A DNA stretch of 40,692 nucleotides from Ignavibacteriales bacterium (GCA_037441705.1 JBBIRR010000036.1:1-40692); one strand, 5' to 3'. Positions 9,105 through 17,834 are shown, counted from the first letter of the stretch. Numbers and translations: made by a program. Notes: a model not told the origin generated them from the sequence alone.

Positions 9105-10466
9105 ATGAGAGAAAAAATTCGAATCGCATCCGGCCAGGGTTTCTGGGGCGACTTGCAAAGCGCGCCGTTCGATCAGGTGACGAAAGGTCCGATTGATTAC
9201 ATCATGATGGACTTCCTCGCTGAAGTCACGATGTCCATCATGCAGAAGCAGAAGAAACGGAACCCGGAGCTGGGCTATGCGAAAGACCTTGTGCATATCA
9301 TCGAGCACATTCTGCCGGTCTGCCTGGAGAAGGGAATCAAAATCATCTCGAACGGCGGCGGCGTGAACCCGAAAGGGTGCCGCGATGCGATCTTCCACTG
9401 GGCACACAAGAAAGGCATCAAGGGGCTCAGGATTGGAACTGTCCTCGGCGACGACATTCTTCCCCGCATTGACGAGCTTCGCCGGCAGGGCATCATGCTC
9501 GACAATATGGAAACGGGCGAGAGCCTCGATGCGGTGCGTGATCGCCTCATGAGTGCCAATGTGTACTTCGGCGCATGGCCCATTGTGGAAGCGCTGCGAA
9601 TGGGCGCGCACATCGTGATTACGGGCAGAACGACGGATACCGGCCTCACGCTCGCGCCCATGATCTATGAGTTCAGATGGAAGCAGGACGATTGGGATAA
9701 GCTTGCAGCCGGCACGGTAGCGGGACATATTCTCGAATGCGGAGGACAGGCGAGCGGCGGCAATTTCTCGGCCGATTGGCGCAGCGTTCCCGACCTTGCA
9801 CACATCGGCTTTCCGATTGCCGAAGCCTATCCCGACGGCGAAGTAGTCATCACCAAGCATGAAGGAACGGGCGGATTGGTATCGCGACAGACGGTAACAG
9901 AGCAGTTGCTGTATGAGATTGGCAATCCTGCCAACTACATTACACCCGACTGCATCGCCGACTTCACGACCATCCGGCTTGAGGATGTCGGCCCAAATCG
10001 CGTACGTATGTACGGTGTGAAAGGAAGGCCGGCAACGGATTCCTACAAAGTGTCAATGTCGTATCTCGACGGCTACACCGCAATCGGTACGCTCACCTAC
10101 GCATGGCCCGATGCGTTGGAGAAAGCCAAAGCAGCTGACCAGATTCTTCGAACGCGTCTGGCCGATCTGGGCTTGAAGTTTGATGAGATTCGAACGGAGT
10201 TTGTCGGCTACAATTCGTGCCACGGTCCGCTGGCGACGACGCCGAACGAGATCAACGAAGTGGTGCTGAGGATCGGCGTTCGTGGACACGATCACAAAGC
10301 GGTGGAGCGGTTCGGCATGGAACTCGCCCCGCTCATCCTCACCGGACCTCCGGCGGTTACGGGCTTCGCCGGAGGCCGACCGAAGCCCAGTGAGGTGATT
10401 GCCTACTGGCCGGCCCTCATTCCCAAGAGTGCTGTCAAACCGATCGTCGAGCTTGCCGACGCATAA
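9105..10466 (+). CDS. AtuA-family (DUF1446, acyclic terpene utilisation) protein, N-terminal large part
   Basis: IRIASGQGFWGD, DFLAEVTMSI, NGGGVNP, SANVYFGA, VITGRTTD, AGHILECG, EQLLYEI; ATG 9105 with SD GGAG. Confidence 0.85.
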   Translation: MREKIRIASGQGFWGDLQSAPFDQVTKGPIDYIMMDFLAEVTMSIMQKQKKRNPELGYAKDLVHIIEHILPVCLEKGIKIISNGGGVNPKGCRDAIFHWAHKKGIKGLRIGTVLGDDILPRIDELRRQGIMLDNMETGESLDAVRDRLMSANVYFGAWPIVEALRMGAHIVITGRTTDTGLTLAPMIYEFRWKQDDWDKLAAGTVAGHILECGGQASGGNFSADWRSVPDLAHIGFPIAEAYPDGEVVITKHEGTGGLVSRQTVTEQLLYEIGNPANYITPDCIADFTTIRLEDVGPNRVRMYGVKGRPATDSYKVSMSYLDGYTAIGTLTYAWPDALEKAKAADQILRTRLADLGLKFDEIRTEFVGYNSCHGPLATTPNEINEVVLRIGVRGHDHKAVERFGMELAPLILTGPPAVTGFAGGRPKPSEVIAYWPALIPKSAVKPIVELADA

Positions 10467-10497
10467 AACCACAAACCATCATAGGAGATCATCAATC

Positions 10498-10659
10498 ATG
10501 GCACGGACCAAGCGAACAACACACCGCAGCGTGTCGGGAACAAAACTCTATGCCGTGCGCGATGCACGCGGCCGCTTTGTTGATATTCAGACCTACAAGC
10601 GTGCTCATGGAGCCGACATCAAAAGGAGGAGCCGTTCGGAAAAGAAAAGGAAGAAATGA
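10498..10659 (+). CDS. small highly basic hypothetical protein (53 aa)
   Basis: SD AGGAG (10483-10487), ATG 10498; MARTKRTTHRS...RDARGRFVDIQTYKRAHGAD...KKRKK; stop overlaps next start (ATGA). Confidence 0.65.
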   Translation: MARTKRTTHRSVSGTKLYAVRDARGRFVDIQTYKRAHGADIKRRSRSEKKRKK

Positions 10660-10979
10660 AAATTCGTCTCATCGATATTGCCCACGCCCGTTCGGGCGAC
10701 AAAGGGGATACCGGCAACGTTGGTGTCATCGCCCGCAGGCAGGAGTACTATCCGCTGCTCGTGAAGTATCTGACGGTTGACCGCGTGAAGAAACACTTCG
10801 AGGGCATTACGCTCGGCAAGGTGGAGCGGTTTGAGCTGCCGAATCTGTGGGCGTTGAATTTCTTGCTGCACGAGTCGCTTGGCGGTGGCGGGACAAAATC
10901 GTTGAAGAACGACGCGCAAGGGAAAACGCTCAGCAGCGCCATGCTGAGGATGGAGTTGGAGATAGAGGAAAAATTATGA
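10656..10979 (+). CDS. AtuA C-terminal-domain protein (stand-alone small part)
   Basis: IAHARSGDKGD.GNVGVIAR, VERFELPNL.ALNFLL...LGGGG..SL..DAQGK motifs match the C-terminal domain of full-length AtuA proteins. Confidence 0.8.
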   Translation: MKIRLIDIAHARSGDKGDTGNVGVIARRQEYYPLLVKYLTVDRVKKHFEGITLGKVERFELPNLWALNFLLHESLGGGGTKSLKNDAQGKTLSSAMLRMELEIEEKL

Positions 10980-11127
10980 TGAGTGGGCGCGCGGAAACCG
11001 CACCGCGGAGGTCTTGAAAAGCCGAGATCCAGCCGTTTCTTTGCCGCCAACTGAATGAAGTCGGCGCAAAGGAGTTTGCTATTTTTGTCAGCATGACTGA
11101 ACACGAAATAAGATAGGTGGAGGTAGA

Positions 11128-12238
11128 ATGTTCGACGACCAGAAAACCAGCATCCGAGAACTCCAGAAGCGTTTAGCCGAGCTTCGAGGGTATCTTTGAC
11201 TTAGATGCAAAGGAACAGGAACTTGCCGCACTCCAGGCGAAGTCCGAATCGCCGACATTCTGGAACGACAACGTCGCTGCGCAGAAAGTGATGCAGCACA
11301 TTAGTTCGTTGAAGGAGTGGATTGATGCCTGGCAATCACTGAAGCGATCACTCGATGATGCCTCTTCGCTGATCGAACTGGCCGAGGAGTCGCACGACGA
11401 CTCCTTTGCAGCGGAGATTGAACGGGAGTTGGAGAAGGTGGAAAAGGGCATCGGCGAGCTTGAGTTCAGAAACATGCTCAGCGGTCCCGACGATGAACGC
11501 AACTGCATTCTCAACATCAACTCCGGAGCCGGCGGTACAGAGGCGCAGGACTGGGCCGAAATGCTGCTGCGTATGTACATCCGTTGGTGCGAACGAAAAG
11601 GCTACAAGGTCGCCCTTGTGGATCGGCAAGAAGGGGATGGGGCGGGCATCAAGAGTGCAGCCCTGGAAGTGGTCGGAAAGTATGCCTACGGGTACCTGAA
11701 GGCCGAAAGCGGCGTGCATCGTCTCGTACGTATCTCGCCGTTTGATGCCAACGCCCGACGCCACACATCATTTGCATCCGTGTTTGTCTATCCGGAGATG
11801 GAGGATGATATCCAGATCGAAATCAATCCTGCCGACCTGAAGATTGATACCTATCGGTCGGGCGGAAAGGGCGGACAGAATGTGAACAAGGTCGAGACGG
11901 CCGTACGCATTACGCACATTCCGACGGGCATCGTCGTGGCGTGTCAGCAAGAACGCTCGCAGTTCCAAAACAAAGAACGGGCACTCAAGATGCTGAAGTC
12001 GCAACTCTATCAGAAGAAGAAAGAAGAAGAGGAAGCCCGATTGAGCGCCATCGAAAGTACAAAAAAGAAGATCGAGTGGGGAAGCCAGATTCGCTCATAC
12101 GTATTCCATCCTTACAACATGGTGAAAGATCATCGCACCGACATCGAGACGAGCGACGTCCATGGTGTGATGGATGGAGACCTGGACGAGTTCATCAAGG
12201 GATACTTGATGGAATATAGCACGCGAGGTGGCGGTTAG
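11128..12238 (+). CDS. prfB: peptide chain release factor 2, programmed +1 frameshift (join 11128..11196, 11198..12238; ~369 aa)
   Basis: ATG 11128 with SD GGAGGT; GAGGG TAT CTT TGA C frameshift site at codons 23/24; SPF (RISPFD) and GGQ motifs in the +1 frame. Confidence 0.96.
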
Positions 12239-12245
12239 ACCGGGC

Positions 12246-13463
12246 ATGACGTATCCCGCCTTCATAGCCAAACGCTACCTTCAGGCGACACGCCGCAAAG
12301 GATTTCTTTCCTTCATTAGTTCCATCGCCATCGTCGGTGTGGCTCTCGGGACTGCTGCGCTGATCATCGCGCTTGCCGTCCTCGGCGGCTTCGAGCAAGA
12401 GATTGCCGAAAAGGTCATCGGGTTCACCAGCCACATTCAGGTGACAGGCTTCTCCGGCCAGCCGCTTCTGGATGCTGCAGCAACCGTCGGCCGCATCGAA
12501 CGCGCCTCCTCACTCATTAAATCGGTTCAGCCCTTTGTCTCCCGCGAGGCTCTCATCCGTTCCGCAGAATCCGTTGATGGCGTCTTGTTGAAGGGGGTAG
12601 ATCCGAGTAAGGACGGTTCTTTCGTGAGCCGCTTTGTTGTGGAAGGAAAATACACTCTCAGCAGGCCGGCCGGTGGCCTGGCGAACATTGTGATCGGAAA
12701 AAAACTCGCCAACAAACTCGCCGTGAAGGTGGACGACAAGGTAACGGTCTTTGGACCGAGCGGCGCGGGCGAGTTCGGCCAGATGCGCGTCATGCAATTC
12801 AAAGTCTCCGGAATCTATGAGAGTGGAATGGCAGAGTACGACGATGTCTATGCGTTTACTTCGCTGCAAGATGCTCAGATTCTCTTTCAGTACGGGGATG
12901 CGGTAACGGGTTACGACATCATGCTCACCCACGCGGATAGCGCGTCCGTTCTTGCCCCGACCATTCAGGCCATGCTCGGGTATCCGCATTACGCGAGAAC
13001 CGTGTTTCAGAATTATAGAAACCTGTTCAGCTGGATCGAACTCCAGAAGAAGCCCGTGCCAATTATTCTCGGCCTGATTATTATCGTGGCAACGGTGAAC
13101 ATTATCGGAACGTTGCTGATGATGGTAATCGGAAAGACGAAGGAAATCGGCATTCTGAAATCCCTCGGGGCAACCCGGCGGGGAATTATCGCCGTTTTCG
13201 TTCGGCAGGGTGTCCAGATCGGGCTTGTCGGGACCCTCATAGGAGATGCACTGGCATTCGTGCTGTGCTACGCCGAACAGAAGTTTCGCTTCCTCTCATT
13301 GCCGAGCGACATCTATTTTATGACATCGGTTCCTATTCTGTTGAAAGTGGACTTCTTCGTTCTTGTCTCGGGCATCAGCATCACCCTCTGTTACTGCTGC
13401 TCGCTGGTTCCGGCGTTTCTCGCATCCCGTATTGACCCGGTGAGAGCCATTCGCTTCGCGTGA
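12246..13463 (+). CDS. lipoprotein-releasing ABC transporter permease (LolC/E family)
   Basis: FIAKRYL...FISSIAIVGVALGTAALII; MacB periplasmic domain; KTKEIGILKSLGAT; A.RIDPVRAIR; start 12246 or 12228. Confidence 0.9.
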   Translation: MTYPAFIAKRYLQATRRKGFLSFISSIAIVGVALGTAALIIALAVLGGFEQEIAEKVIGFTSHIQVTGFSGQPLLDAAATVGRIERASSLIKSVQPFVSREALIRSAESVDGVLLKGVDPSKDGSFVSRFVVEGKYTLSRPAGGLANIVIGKKLANKLAVKVDDKVTVFGPSGAGEFGQMRVMQFKVSGIYESGMAEYDDVYAFTSLQDAQILFQYGDAVTGYDIMLTHADSASVLAPTIQAMLGYPHYARTVFQNYRNLFSWIELQKKPVPIILGLIIIVATVNIIGTLLMMVIGKTKEIGILKSLGATRRGIIAVFVRQGVQIGLVGTLIGDALAFVLCYAEQKFRFLSLPSDIYFMTSVPILLKVDFFVLVSGISITLCYCCSLVPAFLASRIDPVRAIRFA

Positions 13464-13464
13464 C

Positions 13465-14694
13465 ATGTCCTTCGAACGTTTCATAGCGCTGCGATATCTT
13501 CGCTCCAAACAACAGACGTTGTTCATCAATATTATCATGCTCGTGTCCGTCATCGGCATTACGGTCGGCGTTGCTGCACTGTTGGTTGTTCTCTCGGTGT
13601 TTAACGGTTTCAACAAGGTGGTGACCGATGTTTTGGTAGGATTTGATCCTCATGTGCGGATCGTTGCTGCGCGCGGAAAGGAGTTCGTGGTGAGTGATAG
13701 CCTGGTACAGCAGCTCCGCAGTGACGCGCGGATCCGGGCATGGTCGCCGTACATCGAAAGCAAAGCAATGCTGAGCCTCCGGGGTCAGAATCGTGTCGTC
13801 GTCGTACGCGGCGTGGTAGATTCCACGGTTGGTCAGGTCTCCGGTGTCCGTGATGCTCTCGTGCTTGGTTCGTTCGATGTGGCGGAGAAGGGGAAGCAAG
13901 CCGGGATCGTGCTGGGATTGACATTGGCCGACCGCCTGGGGGCAACCGTCGGCACCGAGCTGACGGTCATTAGCCCTGTGGGCGTGGATGCCTTTCTGAT
14001 GCAGTATGGTCAGCCCTTGATGCGTACCTTCACCGTGGTGGGCATCTACGACTCGCGCAATAAAGACTACGACAGCTACTACGCATACATCTCGCTGGAT
14101 GCGGCTCGAAAACTCTTTCAATACCCAGCTTCGGTTTCCGGCATCGAGGTGCGAGCCTACGACATTGCCCAGTCGGACGCCGTGCAGAGATCCTTACAGC
14201 AGTCCATCGGCTCACGGTACACGGTGATGACTTGGTATGATTTGCACAAGGACCTGTATTCGGTGATGCAGATTGAACGGTGGAGCGCATACATCATCCT
14301 CTGTTTGATCATCGGTGTGGCAACATTCAACATGTTGGGCTCGCTGACGATGGGTGTCATCGAGAAGCGACGGGATATTGGCGTGCTGAAATCGCTCGGC
14401 GCGAATAATCGCAGCGTGATGCGTGTGTTTATGTTTGAGGGAATTTTTGTCGGCGTGGTGGGGACGGTGCTCGGGATGGCTCTGGGCCTGCTCGTGTGTT
14501 ATCTCCAGATCACCTATCACCTCTTTCCCCTGGACCCCAATGTCTACATCATCTCTGCGATTCCCGTTGATATTCGTTGGACGGACTTCGCGGCGATCGG
14601 CTCAGCGTCGATGATTCTCAGCTCACTTGCAGCGCTCTATCCTGCCCGCAGAGCAGCATCGCTGTTCCCGGTCGAAGCCATCCGTTGGGAGTGA
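13465..14694 (+). CDS. lipoprotein-releasing ABC transporter permease (LolE/C family)
   Basis: FIALRYL, IGITVGVAALLVVLSVFNGF, EKRRDIGVLKSLGA, YPARRAA..PVEAIRWE. Confidence 0.9.
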   Translation: MSFERFIALRYLRSKQQTLFINIIMLVSVIGITVGVAALLVVLSVFNGFNKVVTDVLVGFDPHVRIVAARGKEFVVSDSLVQQLRSDARIRAWSPYIESKAMLSLRGQNRVVVVRGVVDSTVGQVSGVRDALVLGSFDVAEKGKQAGIVLGLTLADRLGATVGTELTVISPVGVDAFLMQYGQPLMRTFTVVGIYDSRNKDYDSYYAYISLDAARKLFQYPASVSGIEVRAYDIAQSDAVQRSLQQSIGSRYTVMTWYDLHKDLYSVMQIERWSAYIILCLIIGVATFNMLGSLTMGVIEKRRDIGVLKSLGANNRSVMRVFMFEGIFVGVVGTVLGMALGLLVCYLQITYHLFPLDPNVYIISAIPVDIRWTDFAAIGSASMILSSLAALYPARRAASLFPVEAIRWE

Positions 14695-14698
14695 ACAC

Positions 14699-15376
14699 AT
14701 GATCAAGGCAGAGAACATCACCAAAAACTTTCCGATCGCCGGCTCGCACGGCAAGGAGCTGCGCGTGCTGCGCGGTATCAGTCTGCAGGTTTCCAAAGGC
14801 GAGATTGTCGCGATTGTTGGTGCCTCCGGCGCCGGGAAGAGTACACTTCTTCACATTCTGGGTACACTCGATCGCCCGACGAGCGGCACTGTAAGCTACG
14901 ATGGTGAGGACGTGTTCTCATTCAGCGACGAGAAACTCGCCCGATTCAGGAACCGGCATGTGGGGTTTGTCTTTCAATTCCATCACCTCTTGCCCGAGTT
15001 CACGGTGTTTGAAAATGTAGCGATGCCCGCACTCATTGGGGGTGCTTCCTTTGATACCATTCGTGATCGCGTCATGGAGCTGCTGGTTGAAGTGGGAGTG
15101 CAGGACAAGGCGCTCGCCCGACCAGGGAAGCTTTCGGGAGGCGAACAGCAGCGTGTTGCCGTTGCCCGGGCCTTGGTCAACTCTCCGAAAGTCATCCTTG
15201 CCGATGAACCCTCGGGCAATCTGGACACGGCGAATGCAAGACAACTGCAGGATCTGATCAAGAGGCTGAGTCGCGAGCGCCAGCAAACCTTTGTCATTGT
15301 TACACATAACGAGGCTTTCGCCCGCCAGGCCGATCGGATTGTGAAGATTATGGACGGGTTGATTGTCAATTCTTAA
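14699..15376 (+). CDS. lolD: lipoprotein-releasing ABC transporter ATP-binding protein
   Basis: Walker A GASGAGKST, LolD motif GFVFQFHHLLPEF, LSGGEQQR, ADEPSGNLD. Confidence 0.9.
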   Translation: MIKAENITKNFPIAGSHGKELRVLRGISLQVSKGEIVAIVGASGAGKSTLLHILGTLDRPTSGTVSYDGEDVFSFSDEKLARFRNRHVGFVFQFHHLLPEFTVFENVAMPALIGGASFDTIRDRVMELLVEVGVQDKALARPGKLSGGEQQRVAVARALVNSPKVILADEPSGNLDTANARQLQDLIKRLSRERQQTFVIVTHNEAFARQADRIVKIMDGLIVNS

Positions 15377-15401
15377 ATTATGATAAATCGTAATTTTTTA
15401 C

Positions 15402-15429
15402 TTGACAATTACGTAGAAAGGCGTATATT
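15402..15429 (+). promoter_or_regulatory. near-consensus sigma70-type promoter
   Basis: TTGACA (15402-15407), 16-nt spacer, TATATT (15424-15429), with AT-rich UP-like tract upstream. Confidence 0.75.
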
Positions 15430-15434
15430 TATAG

Positions 15435-15518
15435 GTGACCTTACGACAGTTTCTCCCCTGACTGTTGTAGACAAATGGTCAAGCCCGGCGTTCCCCCCAA
15501 CGCTGGGCTTTTAATTTT
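15435..15518 (+). ncRNA. candidate small RNA or attenuator leader with two C-rich-loop hairpins
   Basis: Hairpin TTACGACAGT/ACTGTTGTAG with loop TTCTCCCCTG, closed by TGACC/GGTCA; hairpin AAGCCCGGCGTT/AACGCTGGGCTT with loop CCCCCC followed by TTAATTTT; G-U pairs favour the + strand; directly behind a strong promoter. Confidence 0.6.
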
Positions 15519-15544
15519 CACACTCATCATTCACACAGGACTCT

Positions 15545-15811
15545 ATGGCGAAAGCGATTCGAAAACAGAAACGCGCACAGAAAGAAGAACCGTTGCCGCT
15601 TGGCAGAGAGAATTTCATGATCATGGGAGTTGGTCTTCTCGTCATCATTATGGGCTACGTGGCGTTGGCAAAGGGACCCATCGAGGGATTCCTGCCGCTC
15701 GTGTTAGCGCCGATCCTGCTTGTTCTCGGGTACTGTGTAATAATCCCGTTGGGAATTCTGTTCAAAAAATCATATCTTAGATCACGGAACTCGAACCAGA
15801 CTCAGTCGTAA
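15545..15811 (+). CDS. DUF3098-like small membrane protein
   Basis: 88 aa, two TM helices; LPLGRENF..MGVGLLVIIMGY...LAPILLVLGY pattern; SD AGGA. Confidence 0.7.
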   Translation: MAKAIRKQKRAQKEEPLPLGRENFMIMGVGLLVIIMGYVALAKGPIEGFLPLVLAPILLVLGYCVIIPLGILFKKSYLRSRNSNQTQS

Positions 15812-15837
15812 GTGAGGAGGTAGAGTTCACACGGAGC

Positions 15838-15909
15838 GACCGTGTAGCTCAGGGGTAGAGCATCTGCCTTTTAAGCAGAGGGTCGGTGGTTCGAGCCCAC
15901 CCACGGTCA
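15838..15909 (+). tRNA. tRNA-Lys(TTT)
   Basis: Acceptor GACCGTG/CACGGTC, anticodon arm TCTGC-CTTTTAA-GCAGA, T-loop TTCGAGC; CCA not encoded. Confidence 0.95.
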
Positions 15910-15925
15910 CTGGAGTGACTGTTCT

Positions 15926-16008
15926 GCGGAAGTGGCGAAACTGGCAGACGCACCATCTTGAGGGGGTGGCGCCCAAAAGGCGTGCGGGTTCAAGTCCCGC
16001 CTTCCGCA
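15926..16008 (+). tRNA. tRNA-Leu(GAG)
   Basis: Acceptor GCGGAAG/CTTCCGC, anticodon loop TTGAGGG, long variable arm, T-loop TTCAAGT; CCA not encoded. Confidence 0.95.
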
Positions 16009-16013
16009 CTCAC

Positions 16014-16043
16014 AAAGCCTTGCACACCAACGCAAGGCTTTTT
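16014..16043 (+). terminator. intrinsic terminator after the tRNA pair
   Basis: Stem AAAGCCTTGC/GCAAGGCTTT followed by T tract. Confidence 0.8.
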
Positions 16044-16071
16044 CATTCCTTCATCAGTTCAGTTCCTACTT

Positions 16072-16689
16072 GTGAATCTATCGGAGACGAAACTTCTTGC
16101 ACGCATCTCTCTTCTCGCGGCGCTCGGCAGGCACATCGAGCTCCGCGCGATGTTCAAGGCGAAAGCTCTGTCGCGGATTCCCGCCACCAAAATCATTGAG
16201 ACGTTGCTTCAGGTGCATCTCTTCGCTGGCTACCCTGCAACAATTGAGGGTCTTAGAGCCTTCAACGAAACCCGGCCCAAGACACAGGTTCGCCCCAGCA
16301 GCAATGGCCGATCGACCCTCCATCAACGCAAGAGGCTTGGGATTGACACCTGTCGGCGCGTGTACGGCTCCAAGTACGCCGACCTGGTTGCGGCTATGCA
16401 GCGCTTGCATCCTGACCTGTGTGCATGGATGATCGAAGACGGCTACGGGAAAGTTCTCTCTCGCTCGGGGCTCACCTTGGCGGAACGTGAGCTGGTAACA
16501 GTTGCAACCTTGGCCGGCCTGAACTGGCCGAGGCAACTTCATTCACATGTCAAGGGCTGCTTGAACGTCGGTACACACCCCAGGTCTATCAGAGCAGTCC
16601 TTCGCTCCATCCGGGCATTTCTTCCGCGGAGAAGGTACTTTAGAGCACTGCTTGTTACCCAACATGCGTTACAACAAAAAAGTGCTTGA
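16072..16689 (+). CDS. carboxymuconolactone decarboxylase/AhpD-like protein
   Basis: ETLLQVHLFAGYP, GYGKVLSRSGLTLAERELVTVATLA, QLHSHVKGCLNVG; GTG start at 16072 chosen because the longer ORF overlaps tRNA-Leu. Confidence 0.7.
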   Translation: MNLSETKLLARISLLAALGRHIELRAMFKAKALSRIPATKIIETLLQVHLFAGYPATIEGLRAFNETRPKTQVRPSSNGRSTLHQRKRLGIDTCRRVYGSKYADLVAAMQRLHPDLCAWMIEDGYGKVLSRSGLTLAERELVTVATLAGLNWPRQLHSHVKGCLNVGTHPRSIRAVLRSIRAFLPRRRYFRALLVTQHALQQKSA

Positions 16690-16714
16690 TTTTGACGGCA
16701 GGTGGGAGTATATT
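16686..16714 (+). promoter_or_regulatory. sigma70-type promoter for the secreted-protein gene
   Basis: TTGATT (16686-16691), 17-nt spacer, TATATT (16709-16714). Confidence 0.55.
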
Positions 16715-16744
16715 CCTTCCGAACCATCCATGTGACCAATGACC

Positions 16745-17155
16745 ATGAAACTTCAGCACTCCATACTTACAATCGCCACAGTGCTTCTTACTACGAGTGC
16801 ATTTGGTGGAGTTGTGAAGGAAGGAAGTTTGAATGGTAGAAGCGACGGCAATACGATTACGATTCGATGGTTGAGCGAGGACGAAAGCGGTGTTGTGCGG
16901 TATGTTCTTGAGCGGAAGGCTGGCCCCAGCGGTTCGTTCATCCAGCTTGCGGAAATTCAACCGAGGGGGAATAACGAGTCATATGAGTATGTTGATGATA
17001 CTGCCTTCCGCATTTTGGAGAGCGTCTACCAGTATCGTCTCAAAGTACTGTTTGCGAACAATGCGGCGCCGATTTATTACGGGCCTATCACGGTGAGCCA
17101 CAGAACGAGCGACGTTCGCCGAACATGGGGCAGCATCAAAGCGATGTTCCGATGA
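16745..17155 (+). CDS. secreted single Ig/FN3-like beta-domain protein with C-terminal TWGSIKAMFR motif
   Basis: Signal peptide ending SAFG; ITIRW.SEDE...YVLER...YEYVD...YQYRLK beta-sandwich pattern; start 16745 or 16739. Confidence 0.75.
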   Translation: MKLQHSILTIATVLLTTSAFGGVVKEGSLNGRSDGNTITIRWLSEDESGVVRYVLERKAGPSGSFIQLAEIQPRGNNESYEYVDDTAFRILESVYQYRLKVLFANNAAPIYYGPITVSHRTSDVRRTWGSIKAMFR

Positions 17156-17182
17156 TGTTCGTTCCGCAACTCGTCTGGTGTG

Positions 17183-17216
17183 AAGAAAAGCGATACGGTG
17201 TGTCGCTTTTTTTCTT
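17183..17216 (+). terminator. intrinsic terminator
   Basis: AAAAGCGATAC-GGT-GTGTCGCTTTT hairpin followed by TTTCTTT. Confidence 0.8.
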
Positions 17217-17231
17217 TGGATGAGTTGGTTC

Positions 17232-17831
17232 ATGCATCTCCTCAAACCTTTGATCCTCGCTTCGAAGTCGCCGCGGCGAATGAGCTTGCTGCGGCAAATC
17301 GGCATTGAGCCGACTGTAATTGCGGCCGATGTTGAAGAGGATTTCAGACGTGATGAGACCCCGGTGGAGAATGCGATCCGGCTCTCGTTGAAGAAGGCGC
17401 AGGCGGTCGAAGAACATGTGCAGCAAGGAATCATCATCGGGGCGGATACGATTGTGGTGCTTGATGGGCAGTTGCTCGGCAAACCGGAAGACGAAGCCGA
17501 TGCCCATCGAATGCTGCGCTTGCTGAGCGGCAAGACCCACAGCGTTATCACCGCGTTCGCGTTGGTGGACATGCCCACGCGCAGATGGACGACGGACTAC
17601 GAGGAGACGCGTGTTACGTTTCGCGAACTGCCGGACGAGGAAATTGCCGAGTATGTCAGAGGCGGCTCGCCGATGGACAAAGCGGGCGCATACGGTATTC
17701 AGGACGATTACGGGGCAGTGTTCGTCACGCGCATTGAGGGCTGCTTCTATAACGTTGTCGGTTTTCCGCTTGCGAAGTTCTACGCAAGACTACGACTGTT
17801 TCAAACTCAATTGAATCACGAAACGCGATAA
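17232..17831 (+). CDS. maf: Maf-family nucleoside triphosphate pyrophosphatase (YhdE type)
   Basis: LILASKSPRR, IIGADTIV, LGKP, LSGKTH, DKAGAYGIQ, NVVGFPL. Confidence 0.93.
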   Translation: MHLLKPLILASKSPRRMSLLRQIGIEPTVIAADVEEDFRRDETPVENAIRLSLKKAQAVEEHVQQGIIIGADTIVVLDGQLLGKPEDEADAHRMLRLLSGKTHSVITAFALVDMPTRRWTTDYEETRVTFRELPDEEIAEYVRGGSPMDKAGAYGIQDDYGAVFVTRIEGCFYNVVGFPLAKFYARLRLFQTQLNHETR

Positions 17832-17834
17832 CCT

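Noticed and set aside
10980-11127. Imperfect hairpins upstream of prfB (e.g. CTTTGCCGCC...GGCGCAAAG)
   Set aside because: Irregular pairing, no U tract and no known motif; cannot support a terminator or ncRNA call
15475-15780. 101-aa ORF starting inside the sRNA candidate
   Set aside because: No SD, runs through a terminator and overlaps DUF3098 out of frame
15827-16199. ORFs overlapping tRNA-Lys and tRNA-Leu, including the N-terminal extension of the CMD-like gene
   Set aside because: Artefacts of reading through tRNA genes
1405-16689. A beta-ketoadipate (ortho-cleavage) pathway from the muconolactone-isomerase-like and CMD-like genes
   Set aside because: Genes are 15 kb apart, only fold-level similar, and no catA/catB/pca genes are present
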